Source: Eledone cirrhosa (Eukaryota). From it: 64,000 bases of DNA. Made by a program: the position numbers and the translations under genes. Every line of letters starts with the position of its first letter. Position 1 is the first letter of the stretch. Under the pieces are notes generated by a model. The model saw only the letters and a program-made list of their open reading frames with translations. It was not told the origin of the DNA and made no database searches. Where the stretch lies: positions 28,086,001-28,150,000 of the forward strand of contig OZ024745.1 of NCBI GenBank assembly GCA_964016885.1, in the 5' to 3' direction. Below, piece by piece: positions 50,448 through 63,394 of the stretch.

Positions 50448-50492
50448 AATATTGAACTAGTTTTGATGTTGTTACATCTCATCAGCAATATT
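50448..50492 (-). ncRNA. Minimal hammerhead ribozyme, core-mutated copy (GAAA>AAAA)
   Basis: Identical to the other two except at the G12 position. Confidence 0.7.
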
Positions 50493-50913
50493 TACCTATC
50501 TTCCGGCCTTTCTAGAGAATCGTAAAAGCACATATCGTTATATACTTTTTCTATGAAAATTAGTAGTGGGCAGACCAATTTGCATAGAGCGTGAGTACGT
50601 ACCGGTTCAACGGAGACGATAAAAACAAATAACGAAACGAAATTAAATTTCGTTTCGTTTGTAACTCACTTTTGTATGACTGACGCTTAAACAATTAAGT
50701 TAAAAATGTACATCCACATATGTATACTGAAATACTAGTATGCATATGAATACACACACGTATACATATGTAGATGTACCGAGTTTTTCACTGGTCACTT
50801 TACTGTGAGTGTCCAGCTATTCTGTATGTAAACACACAGACAAACCGGTTTTTAGAGTCATACTGGTTTTTGAGGAAACACCTTTCCTCTATTCTCCAGA
50901 AAGCCAGACAAGG

Positions 50914-50958
50914 AATATTGAACTAGTTTCGATGTTGTTACATCTCATCAGCAATATT
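50914..50958 (-). ncRNA. Minimal type I hammerhead ribozyme, intact core
   Basis: Reverse complement of 51409-51453. Confidence 0.85.
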
Positions 50959-51408
50959 TACCTATCTTCCGGCCTTTCTAGAGAATCGTAAAAGCACATA
51001 TCGTTATATACTTTTTCTATGAAAATTAGTAGTGGGCAGACCAATTTGCATAGAGCGTGAGTAGTGTGTTTACATACAGAATAGCTGGACACTCACAGTA
51101 AAGTGACCAGTGAAAAACTCGGTACATCTACATATGTATACGTGTGTGTATTCATATGCATACTAGTATTTCAGTATACATATGTGGATGTACATTTTTA
51201 ACTTAATTGTTTAAGCGTCAGTCATACAAAAGTGAGTTACAAACGAAACGAAATTTAATTTCGTTTCGTTATTTGTTTTTATCGTCTCCGTTGAACCGGT
51301 ACGTACTCACGCTCTATGCAAATTGGTCTGCCCACTACTAATTTTCATAGAAAAAGTATATAACGATATGTGCTTTTACGATTCTCTAGAAAGGCCGGAA
51401 GATAGGTA

Positions 51409-51453
51409 AATATTGCTGATGAGATGTAACAACATCGAAACTAGTTCAATATT
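51409..51453 (+). ncRNA. Minimal type I hammerhead ribozyme, intact core
   Basis: AATATTG-CTGATGA-GATGT AACA ACATC-GAAA-CTAG-TT-CAATATT: 7-bp stem I, 5-bp stem II, palindromic ACTAGT stem III, GUU cleavage triplet. Confidence 0.85.
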
Positions 51454-51674
51454 CCTTGTCTGGCTTTCTGGAGAATAGAGGAAAGGTGTTTCCTCAAAAA
51501 CCAGTATGACTCTAAAAACCGGTTTGTCTGTGTGTTTACATACAGAATAGCTGGACACTCACAGTAAAGTGACCAGTGAAAATCTCGGTACATCTACATA
51601 TGTATACGTGTGTGTATTCATATGCATACTAGTATTTCAGTATACATATGTGGATGTACATTTTTAACTTAATT

Positions 51675-51739
<65 letters not shown>

Positions 51740-51740
<1 letters not shown>

Positions 51741-52522
51741 TAGCCGATTTACCCGCGTCTTGCTGCGTTTCACACATTTTTTTTTTTTTTTTTTTGTAAG
51801 AAAATGATGATTGATTTTAAATCAGTGATATAATTTATGGAGAAAAACTCTGCATTTCAATATTACTCAATGTAAAATGTAATGCATGAAAAATTGGAAA
51901 ACATTATTTTTTGTAATATTTCAAATCAAAATTACATTATTAAATCTTATTCTTATTTTGTTTCTTGTAAATAATTTTTTTCAAAATATCAATTCAAAAC
52001 ATTTACCTATGGTTTAAATTTCATATAAATCGAAGGGAAAAAAATGTTCAGCTGGGGGTTGTGCCCCTGGGGAACCCTTTGATTAAAATGAAATATACTT
52101 ATCCAAGTACCCTGGGCAATGTGGTTTCAGAATATATATGGTTACTTGGGTCTTTCTCCAAAACCATAGGAGGAGTTCGTGAAATCTTGTTCCATTTATT
52201 GGCCAAAATGTTCACTATAGGGGGTTTGGCCCTCATTAGTGTGTCTTAATATTATTGAAATTTGTTGAAATGTTGTGAATAGGCATCATATTTTGTCATT
52301 TACCTATGGTTTAAATTTCATATAAATCGAAAGGAAAATTTTTCAGCGGGGGTTGAGCCGATGGCGAACCCTTTGATTAAAATGAAATATACTTATCCAA
52401 GTACCCTATGCAATGTAGTTTCAGAATATATATGGTTACGGGGTCTTTCTCCAAAACCATAGGAGGAGTTCGTGAACAAACAAACAAACAAACAGACATG
52501 AACTACAACTTTATATATATAT
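51740..52522 (-). mobile_element. Non-autonomous Helitron-like element
   Basis: Minus-strand 3' end CGCGGGTAAATCGGCTAG|T, (ACAA)n near the other end, internal ~180-bp direct repeat (52000-52183 and 52297-52476). Confidence 0.6.
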
Positions 52523-52540
52523 ATGAATATTATCTACCAG

Positions 52541-52572
<32 letters not shown>

Positions 52573-52609
52573 GGTTCTAGTCTATTTTCAGTGATTGTCA
52601 ATGATGACA

Positions 52610-53005
52610 GGTTAGCGAATCTTGAAACATCTGACTGGCATTCACGACAACTAAGATATCGTGACATAAGCAAACTGAGGACGCTAAAACGGAGTGGAGA
52701 CTGTTCATTTCGGCAGTTTCTGATTCACCTGTTAAATGCTGCGGGTGAAAGCGGCTTCGTGTGGTGCTGGCTGGTACGACAACCTCTTGGTTCAATCAAG
52801 AGATGAAAGATGCCATCCGAGCAAAGAAGGAGGTTTACAAAGCTTGACTTGGAAATAATTCCTTCTTGCACTTGCGGTAGAGTTGCAGCAGTGTCAGTAA
52901 AGGTGTCCATGGTTAAGACATGGGAGGACTTCGAGGTAAAACTGGGATCTGACTTCAGATCAGCATATAAAGTGATCTGGTAGACCATCCACGTGGAGGA
53001 GGTCT
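52610..53005 (+). pseudogene. RTE-like LINE relic (APE-RT linker region)
   Basis: SWFNQEMKDAIRAKKEVYKA*L...KTWEDFEVKLGSDFRSAYKVIW*TI. Confidence 0.6.
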
Positions 53006-53011
53006 GGTAGT

Positions 53012-53126
53012 AGAAGAAGAAGAAGAAGAAGAAGAAGAAGAAGAAGAAGAAAAAGAAGAAGAAGAAGAAGAAGAAGAAGAAGAAGAAGAAGAAGAAGAAG
53101 AAGAAGAAGAAGAAGAAGAAGAAGAA
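53012..53126. repeat. (GAA)n microsatellite
   Basis: Directly visible. Confidence 0.95.
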
Positions 53127-53692
53127 ATTTAATATACACACAAGTTAATACATTGTAAATGCTTTTACAGAATACAAATATTGATTTTAAAATAAATATC
53201 AATTACTATTGAAAAGCGAAGGAAAGAGCTCTGTGTACAAAGCAATATGTTGAATAAAGCTCTGAGTGTTCCTATATTAACGATTCAATCAAGTGCTAAT
53301 AGCAATTGGTATAATAGAGTTATTATTTTACCCGAACATTGATAGTAATCAGTTTTAAAAAAGTTTTTAAATAAATTTTTAAAAGTTCACTGTACTTACT
53401 ATATGTGCCTTTACCGCGCTGTTTCAAATCCCAAAATAAACGGATTATCGAAGCGGATTTTCATTGAGAAGGGGGACTCTCTTCAGAAGGCTCTTCTCGC
53501 TCGGAGAATATAAAATTCCCGAGTTCAAATCACAAACTGACGCCATACAAAACTGTTCCCGGATGAGAGTGAATGAGAAAAGAAACAATTTTGTCTAGTG
53601 CCGTGTGTAAAGACAGAAGGCAGGGTTGACAGGTCAATGTCCTGCCACTAGAAATAGCAGTGTCCAAACGACTGTTATCTCAACCTTAGGGG

Positions 53693-53721
<29 letters not shown>

Positions 53722-53723
<2 letters not shown>

Positions 53724-53872
53724 GGAACGAGTAGAACCCCGACGGCTGAGCTCAAGCCATTTCGACGACTAATTCTGGGGTCCTACTCGTTCCTATTACC
53801 CACTCTACTACACTAAGTATTGAGTACTTTGGTGCGTTATGGTCCACCTGGTTCCTTACCACATTTCCTTCG

Positions 53873-53874
<2 letters not shown>
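53722..53874 (-). repeat. (TA)n-flanked hairpin element, copy 4
   Basis: Reverse complement of copy 3 with a shorter loop; (TA)n on both sides. Confidence 0.85.
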
Positions 53875-53957
<83 letters not shown>

Positions 53958-54134
53958 GAAAAGATTTCTTAAGTAGTATGTGAATTAAGTTACTAGTTTT
54001 TTTAAGCCTGATAACCAATTTCTATGTAAAGAACGAACATTTGGGTATCTCCTGTTGTGTATTTTAGCATATAGCTACGTTAATGAAATGACAGAAGTTT
54101 AGTCAATGAAGATAATATTGATAAAGCTACTTTC

Positions 54135-54217
54135 AAGAGGGCCGGCTGAAAAGTTCATAAGCTGGCCAAGATATTCTCATGGAATGACCAAATGAGGTTT
54201 ATTTGTCAACATAGTCC
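54135..54217. mobile_element. Possible mariner-like terminal fragment
   Basis: GAGGGCCGGCTGAAAAGTTC...TTTATTTGTCAACATAGTCC resembles mariner left ends; no partner TIR seen. Confidence 0.35.
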
Positions 54218-54581
54218 TAGAAAGAAACAATGCAGTTGTTTATAAGAAAAGTTGAAATTAATGCCTGCAAGATATCACAGCTCTAGCATCGCTTTTCACC
54301 AAATTTCTCGTTAAGAACCCACTTGTCAGTTACATAGAAGTGTAGCTCTCCCGTATTTCAGGTTTTATGAAAACCTTATTGGGAGCAATAAAGGAAGGAA
54401 ACCGACGAAAATATAATTTCAATATATTGTAATCAGAAACAAACGTTATTGATCACTGTTGATCGAATGGTTAACTTCAGAGAGTTTCATTTCTTTCAGT
54501 GACATAAATAGCTATAGATATTTATGTCAATTGTCACTGCCATACGTGAACACTAACACATGCACAAATATGTTTGTTTAC

Positions 54582-54818
<237 letters not shown>

Positions 54819-55106
54819 TTGAAAACGCAATTGCAATCTTGTTTTACCATTTTATGAAGAGTGTCTTTGTTTTCTAATTATTTCGGGAGTTCCTTCCAGT
54901 TTCTTTGGAAAAAAATCATGTTCCGAAATTTATCAACATTTCTAACCCTTCATGGTTTACTTTTCTTGAGGTGGTGACATTGTCAAGAGTTGCTGCCCTT
55001 TCAAACATGACAGAGCCAATGTGTCTGCTGTAGACATTACCACTGGAATATCACTTTTATTTCACCATTACATATATAATCCTTCCGGCATCTCTCTCTG
55101 TAATTA

Positions 55107-58100
55107 ATGTGTTATGTGTGTGTTTATTTTAGTATTGTGTTGTGTATTATGTTGTGTATTGTGTTGTGTAGTGTGTTGTGTATTATGTTGTGTATTGTGC
55201 TGTGTATTGTGTTGTGTAGTGTATTGTGTATTGTGCTGTGTATTGTGTTGTGTATTATGTTGTGTAGTGTGTTGTGTATTGTGTTGTGTATTGTGTTGTG
55301 TATTGTGTTGTGTAGTGTGCTGTGTATTGTGTTGTGTAGCGTACTGTGTATTGTGTTGTGTATTGTGTTGCGTATTGTGCTGTGTATTGTGCTGTGTATT
55401 GTGCTGTGTATTGTGTTGTGTGTTGTGTATTGTGCTGTGTATTGTGCTGTGTATTGTGCTTTGTATTGTGTTGTGTTGTGTGTTGTGTATTGTGTTGTGT
55501 ATTGTGCTGTGTATTATGTTGTGCATTCTGTTGTGTATTATATTGTGTATTGTATTGTGTATTGAGCTGTGTATTGTGCTGTTTATTGTGTTGGGTATTG
55601 TGTTGTGTATTATATTGTGTATTGTGTTGTATATTGAGCTGTGTATTGAGCTGTGTATTGTGCTGTGTATTGTGTTGTGTCTTATATTGTGTATTGTGTT
55701 GTGTATTGTGTTGTGTATTGTGTTGTGTATTGTGTTGTGTATTATATTGTGTATTGTGTTGTGTATTGTGCTGTGTATTGTGCTATGTATTGTGCTGTGT
55801 ATTGTGTTGTGTATTGTGTTGTGTATTGTGTTGTGTATTGTGCTATGTATTGTGTTGTGTTGTGTGTTGTGTTGTGTCTTGTGTATTGTGTTGTGTATTG
55901 TGCTGTGTATTGTGTTGTGTATTGTGTTGTGTATTGTGTTGTGTATTGTGTTGTGTATTATATTGTGTATTGTGTTGTGTATTGTGCTGTGTATTGTGCT
56001 GTGTATTGTGTTGTGTTGTGTGTTGTGTTGTGTGTTGTGTATTGTGTTGTGTATTGTGTTGTGTATTATATTGTGTATTGTGTTGTGTATTGTGCTGTGT
56101 ATTGTGCTGTGTATTGTGCTGTGTATTGTGTTGTGTATTGTGTTGTGTATTGTGTTGTGTATTGTGCTATGTATTGTGTTGTGTTGTGTGTTGTGTATTG
56201 TGTTGTGTATTGTGCTGTGTATTGTGCTGTGTATTGCGTTGTGTTGTGTGTTATGTATTGTGTTGTGTATTGTGCTGTGTATTGTGCTGTGTATTGTGTT
56301 GTGTTGTGTGTTGTGTATTGTGTTGTGTATTGTGCTGTGTATTGTGCTGTGTATTGTGCTGTGTAATGTGTTGTGTATTATATTGTGTATTGTGTTGTGT
56401 ATTGTGCTGTGTATTGTGCTGTGTATTGTGCTGTGTATTGTGTTGTGTATTGTGTTGTGTATTGTGCTGTGTATTGTGTTGTGTTGTGTGTTGTGTATTG
56501 TGTTGTGTATTGTGCTGTGTATTGCGTTGTGTTGTGTGTTATGTATTGTGTTGTGTATTGTGCTGTGTATTGTGCTGTGTATTGTGTTGTGTATTGTGTT
56601 GTGTATTGTGTTGTGTATTGTGCTGTGTATTGTGTTATGTATTGTGCTGTGTATTGTGTTGTGTATTATATTGTGTATTGTGCTGTGTATTGTGCTGTGT
56701 ATTGCGTTGTGTTGTGTGTTATGTATTGTGTTGTGTATTGTGCTGTGTATTGTGTTATGTATTGTGCTGTGTATTGTGTTGTGTATTATATTGTGTATTG
56801 TGTTGTGTATTGTGTTGTGTATTGTGTTATGTATTGTGCTGTGTATTGTGCTGTGTATTGTGTTGTGTATTGTGTTGTGTATTGTGTTGTGTATTTTGTT
56901 GTGTATTGTGTTGTGTATTGTGTTGTGTATTGTGTTGTGTATTGTGTTGTGTATTGAGCTGTGTATTGTGTTGTGTATTGTGTTGTGTATTGTGTTGTGT
57001 ATTATATTGTGTATTGTGTTGTGTATTGTGTTGTGTATTGTGTTGTGTATTGTGTTGTGTATTATATTGTGTATTGTGTTGTGTATTATATTGTGTATTG
57101 TATTGTGTATTGAGCTGTGTATTTTGTTGTGTATTGTGTTGTGTATTGTGTTGTGTATTGTGTTGTGTATTATATTGTGTATTGTGTTGTGTATTATATT
57201 GTGTATTGTATTGTGTATTGAGCTGTGTATTGTGTTGTGTATTGTGTTGTGTATTATATTGTGTATTGTGTTGTGTATTGTGTTGTGTATTGTGTTGTGT
57301 ATTATATTGTGTATTGTGTTGTGTATTATATTGTGTATTGTATTGTGTATTGAGCTGTGTATTGTGTTGTGTATTGTGTTGTGTATTGTGTTGTGTATTA
57401 TATTGTGTATTGTGTTGTGTATTGTGTTGTGTATTGTGTTGTGTATTGTGTTGTGTATTGAGCTGTGTATTGTGTTGTGTATTGTGTTGTGTATTGTGTT
57501 GTGTATTATATTGTGTATTGTGCTGTGTATTGTGTTGTGTATTGTGTTGTGTATTGTGCTGTGTATTGTGTTGTGTATTATATTGTGTATTGTGTTGTGT
57601 ATTATATTGTGTATTGTATTGTGTATTGAGCTGTGTATTGTGTTGTGTATTGTGTTGTGTATTGTGTTGTGTCTTATATTGTGTATTGTGTTGTGTATTG
57701 TGTTGTGTATTGTGTTGTGTATTGTGTTGTGTATTATATTGTGTATTGTGTTGTGTATTGTGCTGTGTATTGTGTTGTGTCTTATATTGTGTATTGTGTT
57801 GTGTATTGTGTTGTGTATTGTGTTGTGTATTGTGTTGTGTATTGTGTTGTGTATTGTGTTGTGTATTGTGCTGTGTATTGTGCTGTGTATTGTGCTGTGT
57901 TTTTGTGTTGTGTATTGTGTTGTGTATTGTGTTGTGTATTGTGCTATGTATTGTGTTGTATTGTGTGTTGTGTATTGTGTTGTGTATTGTGCTGTGTATT
58001 GTGCTGTGTATTACGTTGTGTTGTGTGTTATGTATTGTGTTGTGTATTGTGCTGTGTATTGTGCTGTGTATTGTGTTGTGTTGTGTGTTGTGTATTGTGT

Positions 58101-61100
58101 TGTGTATTGTGCTGTGTATTGTGCTGTGTATTGTGCTGTGTATTGTGTTATGTATTGTGCTGTGTATTGTGTTGTGTATTATATTGTGTATTGTGTTGTG
58201 TATTATATTGTGTATTGTGTTGTGTATTGTGCTGTGTATTGTGTTGTGTTGTGTGTTGTGTATTGTGTTGTGTATTGTGCTGTGTATTGTGCTGTGTATT
58301 ATGTTGTGTTGTGTGTTGTGTATTATATTGTGTATTGAGCTGTGTATTGAGCTGTGTATTGTGCTGTGTATTGTGTTGTGTCTTATATTGTGTATTGTGT
58401 TGTGTATTGTGTTGTGTATTGTGTTGTGTATTGTGTTGTGTATTGTGTTGTGTATTGTGTTGTGTATTGTGTTGTGTATTGTGGTGTGTATTGTGTTGTG
58501 TTGTGTGTTGTGTTGTGTGTTGTGTATTGTGTTGTGTATTGTGCTGTGTATTGTGTTGTGTATTGTGTTGTGTATTATATTGTGTATTGTGTTGTGTATT
58601 GTGTTGTGTATTGTGTTGTGTATTGTGCTGCGTATTATATTGTGTATTGTGTTGTGTATTGTGTTGTGTATTATATTGTGTATTGTGTTATGTATTGTGC
58701 TGTGTATTGTGTATTATATTGTGTATTGTGCTGTGTATTGTGTTGTGTATTGTGTTGTGTATTGTGTTGTGTATTGTGTTGTGTATTGTGTTGTGTATTG
58801 TGCTGTGTATTGTGCTGTGTATTGTGTTGTGTATTGTGTTGTGTATTGTGTTGTGTATTGTGTTGTGTATTGTGCTGTGTATTGTGCTGCGTATTATATT
58901 GTGTATTGTGTTGTGTATTGTGTTGTGTATTATATTGTGTATTGTGCTGTGTATTGTGTTGTGTATTGTGTTGTGTATTGTGCTGTGTATTGTGTTGTGT
59001 ATTGTGTTGTGTATTGTGTTGTGTATTGTGCTGTGTATTGTGCTGCGTATTATATTGTGTATTGTGTTGTGTATTGTGTTGTGTATTATATTGTGTATTG
59101 TGTTGTGTATTGTGCTGTGTACTATGCTGTGTATTGTGTTGTGTATTGTGTTGTGTATTGTGTTGTGTATTGTGTTGTGTATTGTGCTGTGTATTGTGCT
59201 GTGTATTGTGTTGTGTATTGTGTTGTGTATTGTGTTGTGTATTGTGTTGTGTATTGTGCTGTGTATTGTGCTGCGTATTATATTGTGTATTGTGTTGTGT
59301 ATTGTGTTGTGTATTATATTGTGTATTGTGTTGTGTATTGTGTTGTGTATTGTGCTGTGTATTGTGTTGTGTATTGTGCTGTGTATTGTGTTGTGTATTG
59401 TGTTATGTATTGTGTTGTGTATTGTGTTGTGTATTGTGCTGTGTATTGTGTTGTGTATTGTGTTGTGTATTGTGTTGTGTATTGTGCTGTGTATTGTGTT
59501 GTGTATTGTGTTGTGTATTGTGTTGTGTATTGTGCTGTGTATTGTGTTGTGTATTGTGTTGTGTATTGTGTTGTGTATTGTGCTGTGTATTGTGTTGTGT
59601 ATTGTGTTGTGTGTTGTGTTGTGTATTGTGTTGTGTATTATATTGTGTATTGTGTTGTGTATTGTGCTGTGTATTGTGTATTGTGTTGTGTATTGTGTTG
59701 TGTATTGTGTTGTGTATTGTGCTGTGTATTGTGCTGCGTATTATATTGTGTATTGTGTTGTGTATTGTGTTGTGTATTATATTGTGTATTGTGCTGTGTA
59801 TTGTGTTGTGTATTGTGTTGTGTATTGTGTTGTGTATTGTGCTGTGTATTGTGCTGTGTATTGTGTTGTGTATTGTGTTGTGTATTGTACTGTGTATTGT
59901 ACTGTGTATTGTGTTGTGTATTGTGTTGTGTATTGTGTTGTGTATTGTGTTGTGTATTGTGCTGTGTATTGTGCTGCGTATTTTATTGTGTATTGTGTTG
60001 TGTATTGTGTTGTGTATTATATTGTGTATTGTGTTGTGTATTGTGCTGTGTATTGTGTTGTGTATTATATTGTGTATTGTGTTGTGTATTGTGTTGTGTA
60101 TTGTGCTGTGTATTATATTGTGTATTGTGCTGTGTATTGTGCTGTGTATTGTGTTGTGTATTGTGTTGTGTATTGTGTTGTGCATTGTGTTGTGTATTGT
60201 GCTGTGTATTGTGCTGCGTATTATATTGTGTATTGTGTTGTGTATTGTGTTGTGTATTATATTGTGTATTGTGCTGCGTATTATATTGTGTATTCTGTTG
60301 TGTATTGTGTTGTGTATTATATTGTGTATTGTGTTGTGTATTGTGTTGTGTATTGTGCTGTGTATTGTGTTCTGTATTATATTGTGTATTGTGCTGTGTA
60401 TTGTGCTGTGTATTGTGTTGTGTATTATATTGTGTATTGTGCTGTGTATTGTGTTGTGTATTGTGTTGTGTATTGTGTTGTTTATTGTGTTGTGTATTGT
60501 GTTGTGTATTGTGTTGTGTTTTGTGCTGTGTATTGTGCTGTGTATTGTGTTGTGTATTGTGTTGTGTATTGTGTTGTGTATTGTGTTGTGTATTGTGCTG
60601 TGTATTGTGCTGCGTATTATATTGTGTATTGTGTTGTGTATTGTGTTGTGTATTATATTGTGTATTGTGTTGTGTATTGTGTTGTGTATTATATTGTGTA
60701 TTGTGTTGTGTATTGTGTTGTGTATTGTGTTGTGTATTGTGCTGTGTATTGTGTTGTGTATTGTGCTGTGTATTGTGCTGCGTATTATATTGTGTATTGT
60801 GTTGTGTATTGTGTTGTGTATTATATTGTGCATTGTGTTGTGTATTGTGCTGTGTATTGTGCTGTGTATTGTGTTGTGTATTGTGTTGTGTATTGTGTTG
60901 TGTATTGTGTTGTGTATTGTGCTGTGTATTGTGCTGTGTATTGTGTTGTGTATTGTGTTGTGTATTGTGTTGTGTATTGTGTTGTGTATTGTGCTGTGTA
61001 TTGTGCTGCGTATTATATTGTGTATTGAGTTGTGTATTGTGTTGTGTATTATATTGTGTATTGTGTTGTGTATTGTGCTGTGTATTGTGTTGTGTATTGT

Positions 61101-62316
61101 GTTGTGTATTGTGTTGTGTATTGTGTTGTGTATTGTGTTGTGTATTGTGTTGTGTATTGTGCTGTGTATTGTGTTGTGTATTGTGTTGTGTATTGTGTTG
61201 TGTATTGTGCTGTGTATTGTGTTGTGTATTGTCTTGTGTATTGTGTTGTGTATTGTGCAGTGTATTGTGTTGTGTATTGTGTTGTGTGTTGTGTTCTGTA
61301 TTGTGTTGTGTATTGTGCTGTGTATTGTGCTGCGTATTATATTGTGTATTGTGTTGTGTATTGTGTTGTGTATTATATTGTGTATTGTGTTGTGTATTGT
61401 GCTGTGTATTGTGTATTGTGTTGTGTATTGTGTTGTGTATTGTGTTGTGTATTGTGTTGTGTATTGTGCTGTGTATTGTGCTGCGTATTATATTGTGTAT
61501 TGTGTTGTGTATTGTGTTGTGTATTATATTGTGTATTGTGCTGTGTATTGTGTTGTGTATTGTGTTGTGTATTGTGTTGTGTATTGTGCTGTGTATTGTG
61601 CTGTGTATTGTGTTGTGTATTGTGTTGTGTATTGTACTGTGTATTGTACTGTGTATTGTGTTGTGTATTGTGTTGTGTATTGTGTTGTGTATTGTGTTGT
61701 GTATTGTGCTGTGTATTGTGCTGCGTATTTTATTGTGTATTGTGTTGTGTATTGTGTTGTGTATTATATTGTGTATTGTGTTGTGTATTGTGCTGTGTAT
61801 TGTGTTGTGTATTATATTGTGTATTGTGTTGTGTATTGTGTTGTGTATTGTGCTGTGTATTATATTGTGTATTGTGCTGTGTATTGTGCTGTGTATTGTG
61901 TTGTGTATTGTGTTGTGTATTGTGTTGTGCATTATGTTTTGAATTGTGCTGTGTATTGTGCTGCGTATTATATTGTGTATTGTGTTGTGTATTGTGTTGT
62001 GTATTATATTGTGTATTGTGCTGCGTATTATATTGTGTATTCTGTTGTGTATTGTGTTGTGTATTATATTGTGTATTGTGTTGTGTATTGTGTTGTGTAT
62101 TGTGCTGTGTATTGTGTTCTGTATTATATTGTGTATTGTGCTGTGTATTGTGCTGTGTATTGTGTTGTGTATTGTGTTGTGTATTGTGCTGTGTATTGTG
62201 CTGCGTATTATATTGTGTATTGTGTTGTGTATTGTGTTGTGTATTATATTGTGTATTGTGTTGTGTATTGTGCTGTGTATTGTGTGTGTATTGTGCTTTG
62301 TATTGTGCTGTGTATT
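55107..62316. repeat. ~7.2-kb satellite of 12-bp unit TGTGTATTGTG(T/C) with TGTGTATTATAT and other variants
   Basis: Directly visible; explains the stop-free CVLC/IVLC/VVYC ORFs. Confidence 0.97.
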
Positions 62317-62948
62317 GTTTCCATCTTTAATTTCTATTTTGCAGGGATTTTGTATCTGATAGCTGTGAAGTTTAGTAACGGTTTTCTATGTAATTTAATT
62401 TTGCAATTTTTCCATGATGAACCGGCGGGAGCAAATCGTAGTACAACTCACGCGAATATATGAAAAAGGAAATCTATTGAAGTAGATGAGATTAGCACAG
62501 ACTCTTGCCTTCCATACAACATGCTTAAACGAAAAGATGTTCCTCATATTTGCACATATAAAACTATGTTATAAAAGAGCAAAAATGAAAAATGTACGAT
62601 AACATTCCGCAGAAATTGATGGATCTCCAAATATACAGATATAAGCAAAATTCTTTAGCAAATCACTATGTTTAACAGATTTATTAAATTATGTATAACT
62701 GGATTCTTGATAATACATCTCTTTCACGGAAAATTAAGTGCAGCAATGCAAATATAAACACAAAGGATAAATCGCACAGGAAGAAAAATACTGTATAACA
62801 TATACTTTTCCCAAATTAAATTACGTTTCTCAGCTGAAATGTGACCAACACAGAAAAGAAATTACTTTACCGATCGCTAGAAAATAGAAGTAAAAACAGA
62901 AGAAACAAAGACGATAAAGGTCATTGGTTGCTCTAAGCTGAATGAAAT

Positions 62949-63053
62949 CAGGGCTGGATTTATAGCGGGGCAGACGGGGCATTTACCCCAGGCACCTCAC
63001 CAACAGGGGGCCCTATCGGTACAGATGGGTCCTAGCAAGATAAATGCGCCCTG
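62949..63053. mobile_element. Possible short hAT-type MITE
   Basis: Imperfect TIRs CAGGGCTGGATTTAT / ATAAATGCGCCCTG; no TSD match. Confidence 0.4.
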
Positions 63054-63260
63054 GAATTGCCAAAGGCAGAGGAGTTTTTTGGTTTTATCTTTTAGACATA
63101 CCAGAACAATATTTCTAACAAAAATCTCATGAATCTAATGTTTTATGCAAGAATATGGCGTATATGTCTATGTATGTGTGTGAGTGTGGGCGTACTTATA
63201 ATTGTATGTGTGTGTGGAACTACTTATAATTGTATGTGTGTGTGTGTGGAAGTACTTATA

Positions 63261-63394
<134 letters not shown>

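Larger units (their letters stand above)
50157..51678. mobile_element. 466-bp monomer array (about two direct units plus ~1.3 inverted units) with one hammerhead per monomer; retrozyme- or Penelope pLTR-like
   Basis: Period 466 (50343 vs 50809); inversion junction 51063/51064; (TA)n on both flanks; no credible ORF. Confidence 0.85.

Noticed and set aside
50343-51558. Three copies of a 60-aa ORF (MSSYSVCKH...)
   Set aside because: GTG start, antisense to the hammerhead, simply repeated with the 466-bp monomer.
55104-62463. Giant Cys/Val/Leu- and His/Asn/Thr-rich ORFs up to 2198 aa
   Set aside because: Translation of a 12-bp satellite lacking stops in all frames; frame switches at indels; no coding signal.
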